Shown in pieces: positions 10,456 through 20,202 of a DNA stretch of 64,000 nucleotides. Each line of letters begins with the position of its first letter. Position 1 is the stretch's first letter. Origin of the DNA: a virus; IMG/VR virus record IMGVR_UViG_3300002835_007718, positions 20,023-84,022 of that record; one strand, given 5' to 3'. The position numbers and the translations under genes are program-made. Under the pieces are notes generated by a model that was not told where the DNA came from, searched no databases, and saw only the letters and a list, made by a program, of their open reading frames with translations.

Positions 10456-10837
10456 TAGCACTTTTTCCGTATCGACCTAACACTCTATTAAAATGATTGT
10501 ATTCATTTTGTGGAATATCTCCAAAGTATATAAGTTTATCTGCATTTTCTACAACACAATTGTATTGATGTAGAGGTTGAGTTGGATGAAATGGTTTTTC
10601 ATAATACTCTTCATTCATACCACTATAAAGATTCATAGGTGTAGATGCTGAATTATATTCAATATATTTACATCCCATTTCTAAAGAAAACTTTCGAACC
10701 CACCGCTCAACCCCATTCTTACATCCTCTGGTGATTAAAATTAAATCTTCACCATATTTTTGTTTTAACTTAAATATAAGGTCTTTGATTTCGTTTCGAT
10801 TTTCATATTTTTCACTTCCAATCAAAGCCACTCTCAT
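10442..10837 (-). CDS. SLOG/YspA(DUF2493)-like protein
   Basis: MRVALIGS...LITRGCKNGVERWV resembles the SLOG nucleotide-binding fold. Confidence 0.5.
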   Translation of the reverse strand: MRVALIGSEKYENRNEIKDLIFKLKQKYGEDLILITRGCKNGVERWVRKFSLEMGCKYIEYNSASTPMNLYSGMNEEYYEKPFHPTQPLHQYNCVVENADKLIYFGDIPQNEYNHFNRVLGRYGKSAKFVN

Positions 10838-10874
10838 ATGTTTGTCCTTTTTAAATCGGTAATTTACTTTCACC

Positions 10875-11447
10875 CTATTGGAATTTTTTGTGTAATTGTT
10901 CTTTTTCAATAACATCTTTTAATCTTTTAATGTAATTTGGGTCTTCCGCATAACTTTTTGATAAATACTGAAAATAATCATCTTCATTTGTAATCCCACT
11001 TAAATATCTACATTGATAAAATGCGTAATCGTATACGGATTCTTCCCAACTTTCATAAAACGCATGATTGTGTTGAGTTCCTTTTGCGGTATTAACCCTT
11101 CGATATGCTTGTTTCATACCAAACAAATTATTATTTTTTTTAAAAATATTAGATGTCCAATGTCCAGTTTCAATTATAGATTGAGCCATTACAATGTGGG
11201 GAAATTTAACATTTAAATTATTTAATAAATTAACTAATTGCTCAGGTTCAAATGCTTTACGACCTTGATTAATTATAATTAATCGTTCCTCCGGACTTAA
11301 CTCACTAATAACCTTATGTCTAGCAATTTGTGTTGTGTATTGATAAGTTAGTATAGAAGTTATACCTAATACTATGAAAACTAATAGTATAAATTTATTA
11401 GTTACTTTTTCAAATTTCACTTGATTTTTTGAGTAAATATATAGCAT
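10875..11447 (-). CDS. GH73 glucosaminidase (peptidoglycan hydrolase) with an N-terminal membrane anchor
   Basis: AQSIIETG, NNLFGMK and YAEDPNY motifs; hydrophobic FILLVFIVLGITSIL. Confidence 0.85.
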   Translation of the reverse strand: MLYIYSKNQVKFEKVTNKFILLVFIVLGITSILTYQYTTQIARHKVISELSPEERLIIINQGRKAFEPEQLVNLLNNLNVKFPHIVMAQSIIETGHWTSNIFKKNNNLFGMKQAYRRVNTAKGTQHNHAFYESWEESVYDYAFYQCRYLSGITNEDDYFQYLSKSYAEDPNYIKRLKDVIEKEQLHKKFQ

Positions 11448-11460
11448 ATTAATTAATTAA

Positions 11461-12408
11461 TTATTCTTTAATTCGGTCTTTTTTAGAACACAATTCACTA
11501 TCTTTGAATGGACACCATTTACAATTTTTACTATTTTTACCAGCGATAGCTTGAAAATCCCCATCAACTTTATATGTCCCATCTTCATTAAAACCTTCAT
11601 CAATAAATCGATTAAATTCCTTTAAGATTTTTCTCATTGTAGGAACTCCATGGGCTGGAACAAACTCTTGAACTCGTTTTTGAGCAAACATAGCCTCTTC
11701 CCATAATTTTCGTTTTACAATAAAATAACGAACTTGAATCTTTTCAAGAGGATATCCATATTGGTCAGCGAAGAATTTTTTGTAAAGTATCAGTTGAGCA
11801 GTTTTGGTTTTGTCATCTTTTTGATACTTGTTCCAACCATTAGTAGATGTTTTTATATCCCAAATTTCAATTGTGCCATCTTCTATGATTTCAAATACTA
11901 AGTCAAGAAATCCCTTCATCATGATATGTTCATTGGATTCGGATGCTGGGTAGTAGATAGGTAATTCCACACCTAATAACCTCATCTTTCGAGTTGAAAA
12001 ATATTCAGAACGATTCTTTTTTAAAAAATCTAATATTTCTACACCATCGAAGTAAAATTCGTTCATCTCACTTTTAGAGGTGAACTTTATATTATAGATA
12101 GCCATTGACTTTTTATACTCCCGTGTCATGTTGTCTAACAACATTTGGTTGAGGTCCATGGTATCGGCTGATGCTGGACTTTCGCTATATATAACTTTTA
12201 ACCAATCTTGGATAACTTCATGCATTGCAGTTCCAAAGATTAGGTGAATAGATGGGTCATCGGTTTTGTTACCATCTACGTAGGTTAGTTTCCATTGTTT
12301 AGGGCAGTTAGCCCACATTGTATATTGAGAATAGGAAATTTTAACATCACCCTTTTTCTCTTCATATACGGGAAAGTTAAATATATTGGAAACTACTGAC
12401 TTTTTCAT
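11461..12408 (-). CDS. Cas4/AddB-like PD-(D/E)XK exonuclease
   Basis: ISYSQ...CPKQW, GTAMHE, GFLDL, WDIKT, QLILY and C-terminal CKWCPF...C (Fe-S cysteines). Confidence 0.85.
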   Translation of the reverse strand: MKKSVVSNIFNFPVYEEKKGDVKISYSQYTMWANCPKQWKLTYVDGNKTDDPSIHLIFGTAMHEVIQDWLKVIYSESPASADTMDLNQMLLDNMTREYKKSMAIYNIKFTSKSEMNEFYFDGVEILDFLKKNRSEYFSTRKMRLLGVELPIYYPASESNEHIMMKGFLDLVFEIIEDGTIEIWDIKTSTNGWNKYQKDDKTKTAQLILYKKFFADQYGYPLEKIQVRYFIVKRKLWEEAMFAQKRVQEFVPAHGVPTMRKILKEFNRFIDEGFNEDGTYKVDGDFQAIAGKNSKNCKWCPFKDSELCSKKDRIKE

Positions 12409-12410
12409 CT

Positions 12411-12446
12411 ATACAAATATACGAAATTATTTTGAATTATCCAAAT
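12411..12446 (-). promoter_or_regulatory. Bacteroidota housekeeping-sigma-type promoter
   Basis: Minus strand ATTTGGATAATTCAAAATAATTTCGTATATTTGTAT contains -33 TTTG and -7 TAnnTTTG. Confidence 0.75.
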
Positions 12447-12820
12447 TATACCATTGGAAATCCACTTACTGAATTGTTTGTTGTTGAACGATATTGTGGT
12501 GCGTTTGAGCTCCAACCCTTTGAATGGTTGTTGAAATGCGGTTTTGAATATCGTGAAGTAGCTGTGCCAATCAAGTCCCAACCGCTTTCCCATTTTTCAA
12601 ATGAAGCACCATTTTTGAAAGTTACACTAAACTCATCAAAAAAGTCCAACATTTTTATTGAAACCTTACGAAAAATGTTCTTTCGTTCGGGCTTAATAAC
12701 CTCAATAAAAAGGATTGACCTAGCCTTAACTCGACAAATTTTCAAATCCATCGAAAACAACTGCCCCTTAACAGGAACATTTACTTTTACAATTTTACCT
12801 TGAAGCTCTGATAATTCCAT
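12446..12820 (-). CDS. Hypothetical protein
   Basis: 124-aa ORF with its own upstream promoter. Confidence 0.65.
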   Translation of the reverse strand: MELSELQGKIVKVNVPVKGQLFSMDLKICRVKARSILFIEVIKPERKNIFRKVSIKMLDFFDEFSVTFKNGASFEKWESGWDLIGTATSRYSKPHFNNHSKGWSSNAPQYRSTTNNSVSGFPMV

Positions 12821-12840
12821 AAATTTCCTCTTTTTACATA

Positions 12841-12896
12841 CTAAAGATACGAAATTTATTCAAATATACCAAATTTTAATGTTAAGAAATTGTTAT
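12841..12896 (-). promoter_or_regulatory. Promoter with an upstream TTAACA direct repeat (11-bp phase)
   Basis: Minus strand ATAACA-ATTTC-TTAACA-TTAAAATTTGG...TTTCGTATCTTTAG. Confidence 0.65.
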
Positions 12897-13312
12897 CATT
12901 TTCCCCATTTTCCGTTCTGAACAATTTGAGCAATGATACCATACACCGAAAGGTCAGCGAATGTATCTTGAACTGACTCACCAACCTCATCAGGTTGACC
13001 CAAAATAATCATTTGTTTCAATCTCTGAATTTTGTCGTTGATTCTGAACCAGAGTCCGGTAAGTGACAATTTGATGTCATCGTTGGTTTGTAGAGTTGTT
13101 CCTACGGAGATGTTACCAGGTCCGTAATTTCTTTGTTTTTTACAAAAAGTTTCGTACTGTTCATACATAATCCTTTTGTATTCCGCCATCATTTGGGGAT
13201 AGTTTTCTTCACAATATATAACAGCTGATTGTTCAGCACCACCATAAACATTTCGTTCTTCTTCACCAATCCACTCTATTTTGGTTTTTGCGTCTTTAAT
13301 CATTTTAACCAT
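12896..13312 (-). CDS. DUF1599 / nucleotide-modification-associated domain protein
   Basis: KKQRNYG, RINDKIQRL and ESVQDTFADLSVYGII. Confidence 0.75.
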   Translation of the reverse strand: MVKMIKDAKTKIEWIGEEERNVYGGAEQSAVIYCEENYPQMMAEYKRIMYEQYETFCKKQRNYGPGNISVGTTLQTNDDIKLSLTGLWFRINDKIQRLKQMIILGQPDEVGESVQDTFADLSVYGIIAQIVQNGKWGK

Positions 13313-13755
13313 TTATCTATTTCTTTTTTATCTACTCCGAACTTTTGAATAATCAATTTTACTTCATCTATTGTAAGAATTTCAAGATAATCTTCTATTT
13401 CACGAGAGGATAGTTTGAAATATTTACAAAGATACGTTACCACGTGTTTGTCCCACTTAGATTCTGATTTGCTTTTGATATATTTGTCAAAAGACTTTTT
13501 CTTTGGTAGAACATCCGAATACACTTTATATAGCTCACGAGATTTTAACTGACCATTAGTGTATTGTTGAATCTCGTTTACAAATTCAATGTAGTCTAGG
13601 TTCATAGATAGAAATCGGTTGACCATATACATATCAAACGATTTTCTATCTACCTCGGAGAGGGATTCCCACTTATCTTTTTTGTAGGTAATCCCCCCCA
13701 AGTGGTCAAAAAGTGACTTTGCTTTTACAACAATTTCATCACTTTTTTTCATCAT
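13300..13755 (-). CDS. Clamp loader small subunit (gp62-like)
   Basis: SLFDHL, FDMYMVNRFLSM and YFKLSSREIEDYL; lies downstream of the gp44-like gene. Confidence 0.65.
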   Translation of the reverse strand: MMKKSDEIVVKAKSLFDHLGGITYKKDKWESLSEVDRKSFDMYMVNRFLSMNLDYIEFVNEIQQYTNGQLKSRELYKVYSDVLPKKKSFDKYIKSKSESKWDKHVVTYLCKYFKLSSREIEDYLEILTIDEVKLIIQKFGVDKKEIDKWLK

Positions 13756-14014
13756 TTTCAAAAAATTCGCGTGGAGTGAACTTTGGATGCACTGTTCCAC
13801 AATCATTACAAACTACCACCGGAATAGGCAACATTGATGCTTGACCATTTGGAGATTGAATTGCGGGAACTTCTTTAAACATCGTCAACTCGGTGAAAAA
13901 AATACCATCACAATTAGGGCAAGCCACTGTGGGTAATTTAAATGGGTCGATTTGCATTTGCGGTGCTTGAGTCTTCTGACCCATAGGAATCACCTTGGTT
14001 TGTTTTTTTGTCAT
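13739..14014 (-). CDS. Zinc-ribbon protein
   Basis: CPNC...CNDCG. Confidence 0.65.
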   Translation of the reverse strand: MTKKQTKVIPMGQKTQAPQMQIDPFKLPTVACPNCDGIFFTELTMFKEVPAIQSPNGQASMLPIPVVVCNDCGTVHPKFTPREFFENDEKK

Positions 14015-14015
14015 A

Positions 14016-14933
14016 TTAATTAATTGTCATAATAATGTTAATCATCATCGCCATAGTGTTGATTTCTTTATCAACCACCATTGAGTCCTTATATTGACCA
14101 TCTGCGATGTTTAAGATGGTCTGACCTACTTTTCCATTAGCATACTCATCCACTCTATCATAAAGTGTTTTGTATAAAGGTGTGAAATCACGAACTTTTG
14201 AGTCAGCAATAATTTGTCGGATTGTAGTGAATTTTGTTTTCACATCAGCCGATTTAATTAATTCTTCTACTACATTATCTGCATAATTTGCTTGAATGTT
14301 TGAAGTTGAATCAATTACCAATTTACCATTGATAACTTGTCGTTGTGCTGCATTTAAAACTCTACGAATGTCAGGATATCCACTATTTACAAGAATAGCA
14401 AGTTCATCCGTTTGAAATTCCACACCTTCTTCATTTAGAATATCAAACAATCGTTTAGCAACTTCTTTCTTTGATGGCGGGGTGATAGCAAACGCCTGAC
14501 AACGAGACTGAATCGGGTCAATTACTTTTTCAACATAATTGCAAGTCAAAATAAATCGTGTTGACTTTGAAAATGTTTCCATTAAATTACGAAGAGCTGC
14601 TTGAGCATTAGGAGTCAAATAGTCGGCTTCATCTAAAATAACAACCTTCCATTTTTTGAAACCCATAGATGATGCAAACCCACGAATTTTATCACGAACC
14701 GCGTCAACAGAGTTTTCATCTGAAGCGTTTATATACATCAAATCACAATCAATCTGATTGGTAATAATTTTAGCAAGTGTGGTTTTGCCCGTTCCAGCTT
14801 GACCATATAATAAGAGGTGGGGAACATCCTCGTTTTGAATATAAATCTTTACTTTTTCAAGAATATGTTGGTTTCCAACATAACCTTCTAATGTATCTGG
14901 TCGATATTTTTCGACCCATAGTGAATTACTCAT
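14016..14933 (-). CDS. Clamp loader ATPase (gp44/RFC small subunit)
   Basis: LWVEKYRP, GQAGTGKTT, LDEAD and IQSRC. Confidence 0.95.
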   Translation of the reverse strand: MSNSLWVEKYRPDTLEGYVGNQHILEKVKIYIQNEDVPHLLLYGQAGTGKTTLAKIITNQIDCDLMYINASDENSVDAVRDKIRGFASSMGFKKWKVVILDEADYLTPNAQAALRNLMETFSKSTRFILTCNYVEKVIDPIQSRCQAFAITPPSKKEVAKRLFDILNEEGVEFQTDELAILVNSGYPDIRRVLNAAQRQVINGKLVIDSTSNIQANYADNVVEELIKSADVKTKFTTIRQIIADSKVRDFTPLYKTLYDRVDEYANGKVGQTILNIADGQYKDSMVVDKEINTMAMMINIIMTIN

Positions 14934-16117
14934 CTTCCTACTTCTTTTAAATATTTTTCTTTACAATCTTCCCACGACATACCAATGATGTCAATATAAA
15001 AGAGAGACTCTGGTTTGATACGACCCTCCTCATGAAGTTTTATGTATCTATTAATTGCTTTTGGTTTCCACCACTTCATCGTGTATTCATCACCTTGAAC
15101 AAACTTATCCTTCATTACAAGTTGGTCTTCAGTAATTTCATTGCGTAAAAACTCATTACCATTATCATACATTTGAGCGAAATATACCCCTCTTTTAAAT
15201 CCATGTTGATAGTGAGACGCTCTAATACCAACTTCTTTAAAAATCAGATTAATAATTTTTTGTTTCACTCCGGTAGCAGGCCCATCAACACCTTCTTTTT
15301 CAGCAGTTTGTTTAGCGTATTCTTCAGGCTTATTTTCCTTTATCCAATGATGCCATCCCTCATATACTGAATCATCTGGCTTTGTAGCTACCTTACCTGC
15401 GGATTCACCCAAAGTTTTAAAATGTGGAATTCCGTTATATTGAGAGTGAATACCATATAAAGATGTTGTTCCAACAGCAATCAGAGTTTGTCCGTATTTT
15501 TCTTTCCAATGGTTACGAACTTCTGCAGAGGTAGCCATACAAGCTACCAACTTACCACCCAAGAAGTTATATCCCAAAGGCTGTGTGCATACAATCGTGG
15601 TAGCAATCGTAGTATGATTCAACCTACCATCTTTGTATTTATTATCTTGTGTCCATCCAATATAGTTATCTCTAACCCCCAATGATGTCACATCCGACCC
15701 CAATGATACCAATCCAAGAATTTTACCACTAACTCGGTCTTTAATATAAATTTTGACATTACGACCTGGATTGGCGTCAAATGACATTGTATGGATTAGT
15801 TTTCGGATTTCAGTCCAACGAGTGGACTCTTTGGGGTCATCAACAATTTCCACATAAGGTTCAAGCAATTCAATTTCTTTAATCGTTTGTTCTTTGTTAT
15901 AGATGTCAATAGGCATCCAAAGAGCATCGTAATGAAGCGCCAGACCTGCTTTTCTCTTCATAGAGGTAGCCAAGTCATAGTTCCATTCTTGCCACTTTTT
16001 GTAAAGTGTTTGTTCCTCTACTGACATAGAAGAAAGGTAGTTCATATTTTCAATGAACTTACCCTTTTCTACATCATAGTTAAACTTAGGCTTTGCTGGC
16101 TCGGTATCCCAAAACAT
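14930..16117 (-). CDS. DUF4338 (DruA-like) protein, long form
   Basis: GLVSLGSDVTSLGVRDNYIGW, PLGYNFLGGKLVA and TTSLYG..SQYN. Confidence 0.7.
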   Translation of the reverse strand: MFWDTEPAKPKFNYDVEKGKFIENMNYLSSMSVEEQTLYKKWQEWNYDLATSMKRKAGLALHYDALWMPIDIYNKEQTIKEIELLEPYVEIVDDPKESTRWTEIRKLIHTMSFDANPGRNVKIYIKDRVSGKILGLVSLGSDVTSLGVRDNYIGWTQDNKYKDGRLNHTTIATTIVCTQPLGYNFLGGKLVACMATSAEVRNHWKEKYGQTLIAVGTTSLYGIHSQYNGIPHFKTLGESAGKVATKPDDSVYEGWHHWIKENKPEEYAKQTAEKEGVDGPATGVKQKIINLIFKEVGIRASHYQHGFKRGVYFAQMYDNGNEFLRNEITEDQLVMKDKFVQGDEYTMKWWKPKAINRYIKLHEEGRIKPESLFYIDIIGMSWEDCKEKYLKEVGR

Positions 16118-16812
16118 TACTTAATCTCTACTAAATAATAGTTTGATTTATACCCATCATGTTCAAAAGAAACATGAGCAAGACCTTGTGATGAGACCTT
16201 CATAGAAGATGCTTTAGCACCACGATTTGCGTTCAAGATTTCTTTCAAGTATTTAGCAGAGAATGAAATAGGTTCAACATCACTTTCACAAGTGCATTGA
16301 ACATTAATTGAAATTCGGTTTGAGTTGATTTTAGAATAACCTAAAATTATCTCACCTTTATTATTCTTACACTTGAATGTAAAAGTGTCAGAATCACTTA
16401 AAGCACCTTTAGATTTGATAAACTTACTTACGAAGTCTTCATCTAAAGTAATAGTAGAACCAAAATTAGGGAGCGCCTTGAGTTCTGGAACTACGGGAAT
16501 AACTGATAAATCAGCTAACATATAGTTTACTGATGTACCTGTGTCGGAGAACGCCAAACTGGCGGCACCTTCTTCAATATTGATGTTTGAATCTAAAACA
16601 CCAAGTAAACCTTTGAGTTGGGAAGTCGTGTATACACCAAATTCTCCGTTAGGGAACTCTTTGTCTTCACTTTCAACAGTACCCAAAAGGGTTTTGTCAT
16701 CAGAAATGAATTTTACAAACAATCCTTCATCGGTAGAGTTAATTTTTACAGATTCAACCTCACCACCCAAATTGTAACGGGCTACAAACCCTTCAAATGA
16801 ACTTTTTTTCAT
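16117..16812 (-). CDS. DNA sliding clamp (gp45/PCNA-like)
   Basis: About 230 aa with FGVYTTSQL and FSAKYLKEIL; sits upstream of the clamp loader. Confidence 0.75.
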   Translation of the reverse strand: MKKSSFEGFVARYNLGGEVESVKINSTDEGLFVKFISDDKTLLGTVESEDKEFPNGEFGVYTTSQLKGLLGVLDSNINIEEGAASLAFSDTGTSVNYMLADLSVIPVVPELKALPNFGSTITLDEDFVSKFIKSKGALSDSDTFTFKCKNNKGEIILGYSKINSNRISINVQCTCESDVEPISFSAKYLKEILNANRGAKASSMKVSSQGLAHVSFEHDGYKSNYYLVEIK

Positions 16813-16833
16813 GTTTTTTTATTTTTTATTTAT

Positions 16834-16866
16834 ACTAATATACGAAATAATTTTGAATTATACAAA
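16834..16866 (-). promoter_or_regulatory. Host-type promoter upstream of the clamp gene
   Basis: Minus strand TTTGTATAATTCAAAATTATTTCGTATATTAG. Confidence 0.65.
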
Positions 16867-17469
16867 CCATTGGTGGATTTTTTGTTTTCTTTTTTTAAAT
16901 CTATAAATGTAAATGTTTTTTGTTAATGTTTCCACATATTCAGCACTTCCATTATCCAATGCGTTTTTTAATTCAATAGCAACGGGTTTTAATTTCCCAT
17001 TGTGTTTGTTTCTTAAAGTTTTGCCGTGATACCTACGACCATTCCACATAATAACTCTTCCCGCTGATGTTTCACCCATATACTCAAAGTTTGTAGCTTT
17101 ATAAACCACACCTTCGTGTCCAAATGTTTTATCAGCGTATGAGATTATCATTTCTAAATCAGTATTTCGTTGTAACCACCGAAGCGTCCAACCTATAAAA
17201 TACGATTCGGTATTTTTTGGAGTATCATCAATACACACCAATCTTTTTAGTTCTAAAATCTTGGATGGATTGGGGTTATACTTTTCAGCAACTCCAAGCA
17301 TACCCAAAGACCCATAAACCATAGCACCAATCATAGTATCACCATCCATCAATTTAAAGCAATATGAAATGTGCAATCCATTCATATTTTTTGAATAGTG
17401 ATGGGTTTCCACGAAATCTACAATTTCACTCCGTGGACATTGTTCTACTATGTAATTGGTTACACTCAT
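16858..17469 (-). CDS. Mom-like adenine-modification enzyme (GNAT fold), copy 1
   Basis: HHYS, ELKRL...PKNTESYFI and ISYAD..GHEGVVYKATNF. Confidence 0.8.
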   Translation of the reverse strand: MSVTNYIVEQCPRSEIVDFVETHHYSKNMNGLHISYCFKLMDGDTMIGAMVYGSLGMLGVAEKYNPNPSKILELKRLVCIDDTPKNTESYFIGWTLRWLQRNTDLEMIISYADKTFGHEGVVYKATNFEYMGETSAGRVIMWNGRRYHGKTLRNKHNGKLKPVAIELKNALDNGSAEYVETLTKNIYIYRFKKRKQKIHQWFV

Positions 17470-17693
17470 TAATTTGTTCGCTCGTTGAACTTGTCCTCCA
17501 GCATTTCATTAATATTTCCAATAGTATACGCATTTTGTAAAACTGAATCTAATACATCATATGCGTCATCCTCTGAAATGTCACCAAATCGGTGAACATC
17601 ATCGGTGTGCCAGAGATTATCTACATAGTAACCATGTTCTTTTAATACTTGTTTTGCTTGTTTGGTAGTCATATCATTTAAATTAAAATCCAA
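17469..17693 (-). CDS. Hypothetical protein
   Basis: 74-aa ORF overlapping both neighbours. Confidence 0.6.
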   Translation of the reverse strand: MDFNLNDMTTKQAKQVLKEHGYYVDNLWHTDDVHRFGDISEDDAYDVLDSVLQNAYTIGNINEMLEDKFNERTN

Positions 17694-20202
17694 AAAATTG
17701 TGATGCTTTCTGAAGATTGGGATTTGGTTTATCCCAATTCATTGCATCGTAAAAATCATCAAGTTTGTTTTCTAAATCTTGTTTCCATATTTTATTATAG
17801 TCAATGTATTGTTGAACAAACTGATTGATTTGGGGTGGGTCGTTATGACCTGTAAATGCGGTGGTTTCCAAACCAAGTGGATTCTTTTTAAGATATACCC
17901 ATTTAATTTTATCACCATCTTTCATAGGTTCATATTTGTAAGGAGCTTTATAGTATTTTAATAATCTATTATAAGTTATAGCAGCTTTAACGTGTGCTGG
18001 TGTTCCTTTTTCAAACTCACCTAATGCGTATTCTTTACGAGCGTTTACATACTTAGACATATCCTTTACGGCAGAGTTTTTAGCGATGTCTTTAAATGTC
18101 TGATTTTCCATATTGGATTTATAGTCAATCAGTTTAGCATCAATTTCGGACTTGTCAACACCTTTTAGAATATCCAACAAAACAGTTTCCATCACCTTTT
18201 TAAAGTAAGTTGGGAATGATGACCTACGAACATCAAGTCCCTTTACATCCATTTTGTCACAAGGAACCGTATTGTCGTTAATAATCCATTGTGCGTATCT
18301 CTTTTTTGATACCCAAAATCCACCCTTTGCAATGGTTTCTTGTTTAATATCAAATCGGTGAGAATTTACATTAAATAACTTTTTGGACATTGTGTCGTAG
18401 ACCTTGTTGATGTGGGCTTGAACCTCTTGAGCTACGGACAAAATCGCAGGAACCATTTGTTCATCCGAAGTGGGGTCAATATTTGGGTTTCGGGCTTGAA
18501 CCAAGGGAAGTGCTTGATAAAACACGGAGTCCGTATCGGTATAAACATTATAATCACCCTCTTCACCAATAATACTTTTGTAGTATTGATTAGCAATCAT
18601 TTCAGTAGTTTTGATTACCGTCTGACCTGTAATTGTAGTAGCCTCCGCATTGTCTATATCATAAAATCTAAACGATGGTAATCCTAATACACCATAAAGT
18701 GAATTCAACATAATTTTCTGAACCAATTGACGTTGGGAATAAAACTTATAAAGTTCATCATTACCTACATTACCATATTTTTTCATTAAATCTTTATACT
18801 CGACTCGTTTATCAAACCAAACATTTAAGATTTCAGGTATTACACCTACCCTATCTTGCGTATATAATACACCATTTGATGATAGTGAATAGTTTGATTC
18901 CGTAATAAGTTTTTGAAATTCACTACGAGTCAATGGTGGAAACTCAGCGCCAGAATCATCTACAATTGAATAAGATTCAATTTTGTCTTTCATATAATCT
19001 TCCGATGAAAATGATTTTAATTTACCAATTTTCGTTTCGGGTGATACATTTAAAGTCATAATGATGGATGGATACAGCGATGTTAAGTCCAAGTCGTATA
19101 CCCATTTGTAAAGACCTGGTTTGGGTTCTTTAACATATGCGCCTGTAAATTTACCTTCACTATCAGAACCATCTTCATTTTTTTCGGCTCTCTTTGATTT
19201 ATCTGGCGCTACACGATTACTTCTACGAAGAAATGTTAAGATAGCACCTTCCAACCACTTTGATGAGAATAGAAAGTCTTCGTAAAAAACGTGACCTGCG
19301 TGACAAATCGCTTGAGCGAGTTCAATGAACTGAAGTTTTCTATCCATTTCAACAACCAACTCCACATCCACCAAGTTATACTCAATGAATTTTTCCAAGT
19401 CATCTCGAAATAATTGGTCAAGATTACCTTGATAATCAATCTTACCTCTACCCAATACAATATTAGCAATAGTATCTAATCGGTAATTTGGAAATTCTTG
19501 ATAGGTAAAGTTTTTGTAAAGAGCAAGATAGTCCAAACAAGAAACTCCCGCGATAATATAACGATTACGATATTTGTTGTATCCAATCTTACCAATTGGA
19601 GATAACTTGTTAGCCATTCTTTCACCCAACACATTTTTCAAACGATTGTATAGATAGGTGACATCAAAGTAGTCAATGTTCCAACCGGTAACAATTGTGG
19701 GATTGATTTCTTGCCATTTGTTTAGGAATGATTCAAGCAGGTCAGCTTCAGTTTTGAATGACCTAACTTGAGCACCCTTAATAGTTTTATCTACATAATT
19801 GTCTGATACAACATACACAAAATAGTCATTGGTCACCGAATCATGACCTGCAATTGAAGTAATTGCATTGCCTGCTTTATCAATGTCAGGTAAGCCAGTA
19901 TTCATCTCAACCTCAATATCAAAAGTCAGTATGGTATGACCTTTTGACACCTCATCTGAATCTCCATATTGGTCAATAAGAAACCGAGTTACTTCGTTTA
20001 CATCACTTTCATAGAGTTTAAGATTATCTTCTTGTTTCCAAAAATTTATCTTTTTAAGACGCTCTCCATGAATAGAAGTAAAAGCACCATTCCCATCTCT
20101 AACATAAGCATATCTACGGTATTTGCTTGTAAAATAACCCTTTTGGTCATCCCAACAATGAATGATACTTTGTTCTTTATCGTAGTAAACATTTTGATAC
20201 AT
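17683..20202 (-). CDS. DNA polymerase family B (gp43-like)
   Basis: FDIE and GWNIDYFD exonuclease motifs; DLTSLYPSII, KIMLNSLYG and YTDTDS polymerase motifs. Confidence 0.97.
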   Translation of the reverse strand: MYQNVYYDKEQSIIHCWDDQKGYFTSKYRRYAYVRDGNGAFTSIHGERLKKINFWKQEDNLKLYESDVNEVTRFLIDQYGDSDEVSKGHTILTFDIEVEMNTGLPDIDKAGNAITSIAGHDSVTNDYFVYVVSDNYVDKTIKGAQVRSFKTEADLLESFLNKWQEINPTIVTGWNIDYFDVTYLYNRLKNVLGERMANKLSPIGKIGYNKYRNRYIIAGVSCLDYLALYKNFTYQEFPNYRLDTIANIVLGRGKIDYQGNLDQLFRDDLEKFIEYNLVDVELVVEMDRKLQFIELAQAICHAGHVFYEDFLFSSKWLEGAILTFLRRSNRVAPDKSKRAEKNEDGSDSEGKFTGAYVKEPKPGLYKWVYDLDLTSLYPSIIMTLNVSPETKIGKLKSFSSEDYMKDKIESYSIVDDSGAEFPPLTRSEFQKLITESNYSLSSNGVLYTQDRVGVIPEILNVWFDKRVEYKDLMKKYGNVGNDELYKFYSQRQLVQKIMLNSLYGVLGLPSFRFYDIDNAEATTITGQTVIKTTEMIANQYYKSIIGEEGDYNVYTDTDSVFYQALPLVQARNPNIDPTSDEQMVPAILSVAQEVQAHINKVYDTMSKKLFNVNSHRFDIKQETIAKGGFWVSKKRYAQWIINDNTVPCDKMDVKGLDVRRSSFPTYFKKVMETVLLDILKGVDKSEIDAKLIDYKSNMENQTFKDIAKNSAVKDMSKYVNARKEYALGEFEKGTPAHVKAAITYNRLLKYYKAPYKYEPMKDGDKIKWVYLKKNPLGLETTAFTGHNDPPQINQFVQQYIDYNKIWKQDLENKLDDFYDAMNWDKPNPNLQKASQFFGF

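Noticed and set aside
11461-12408. CRISPR-Cas locus suggested by the Cas4-like gene
   Set aside because: No array or other cas genes; solo Cas4-like nucleases are common in phages.
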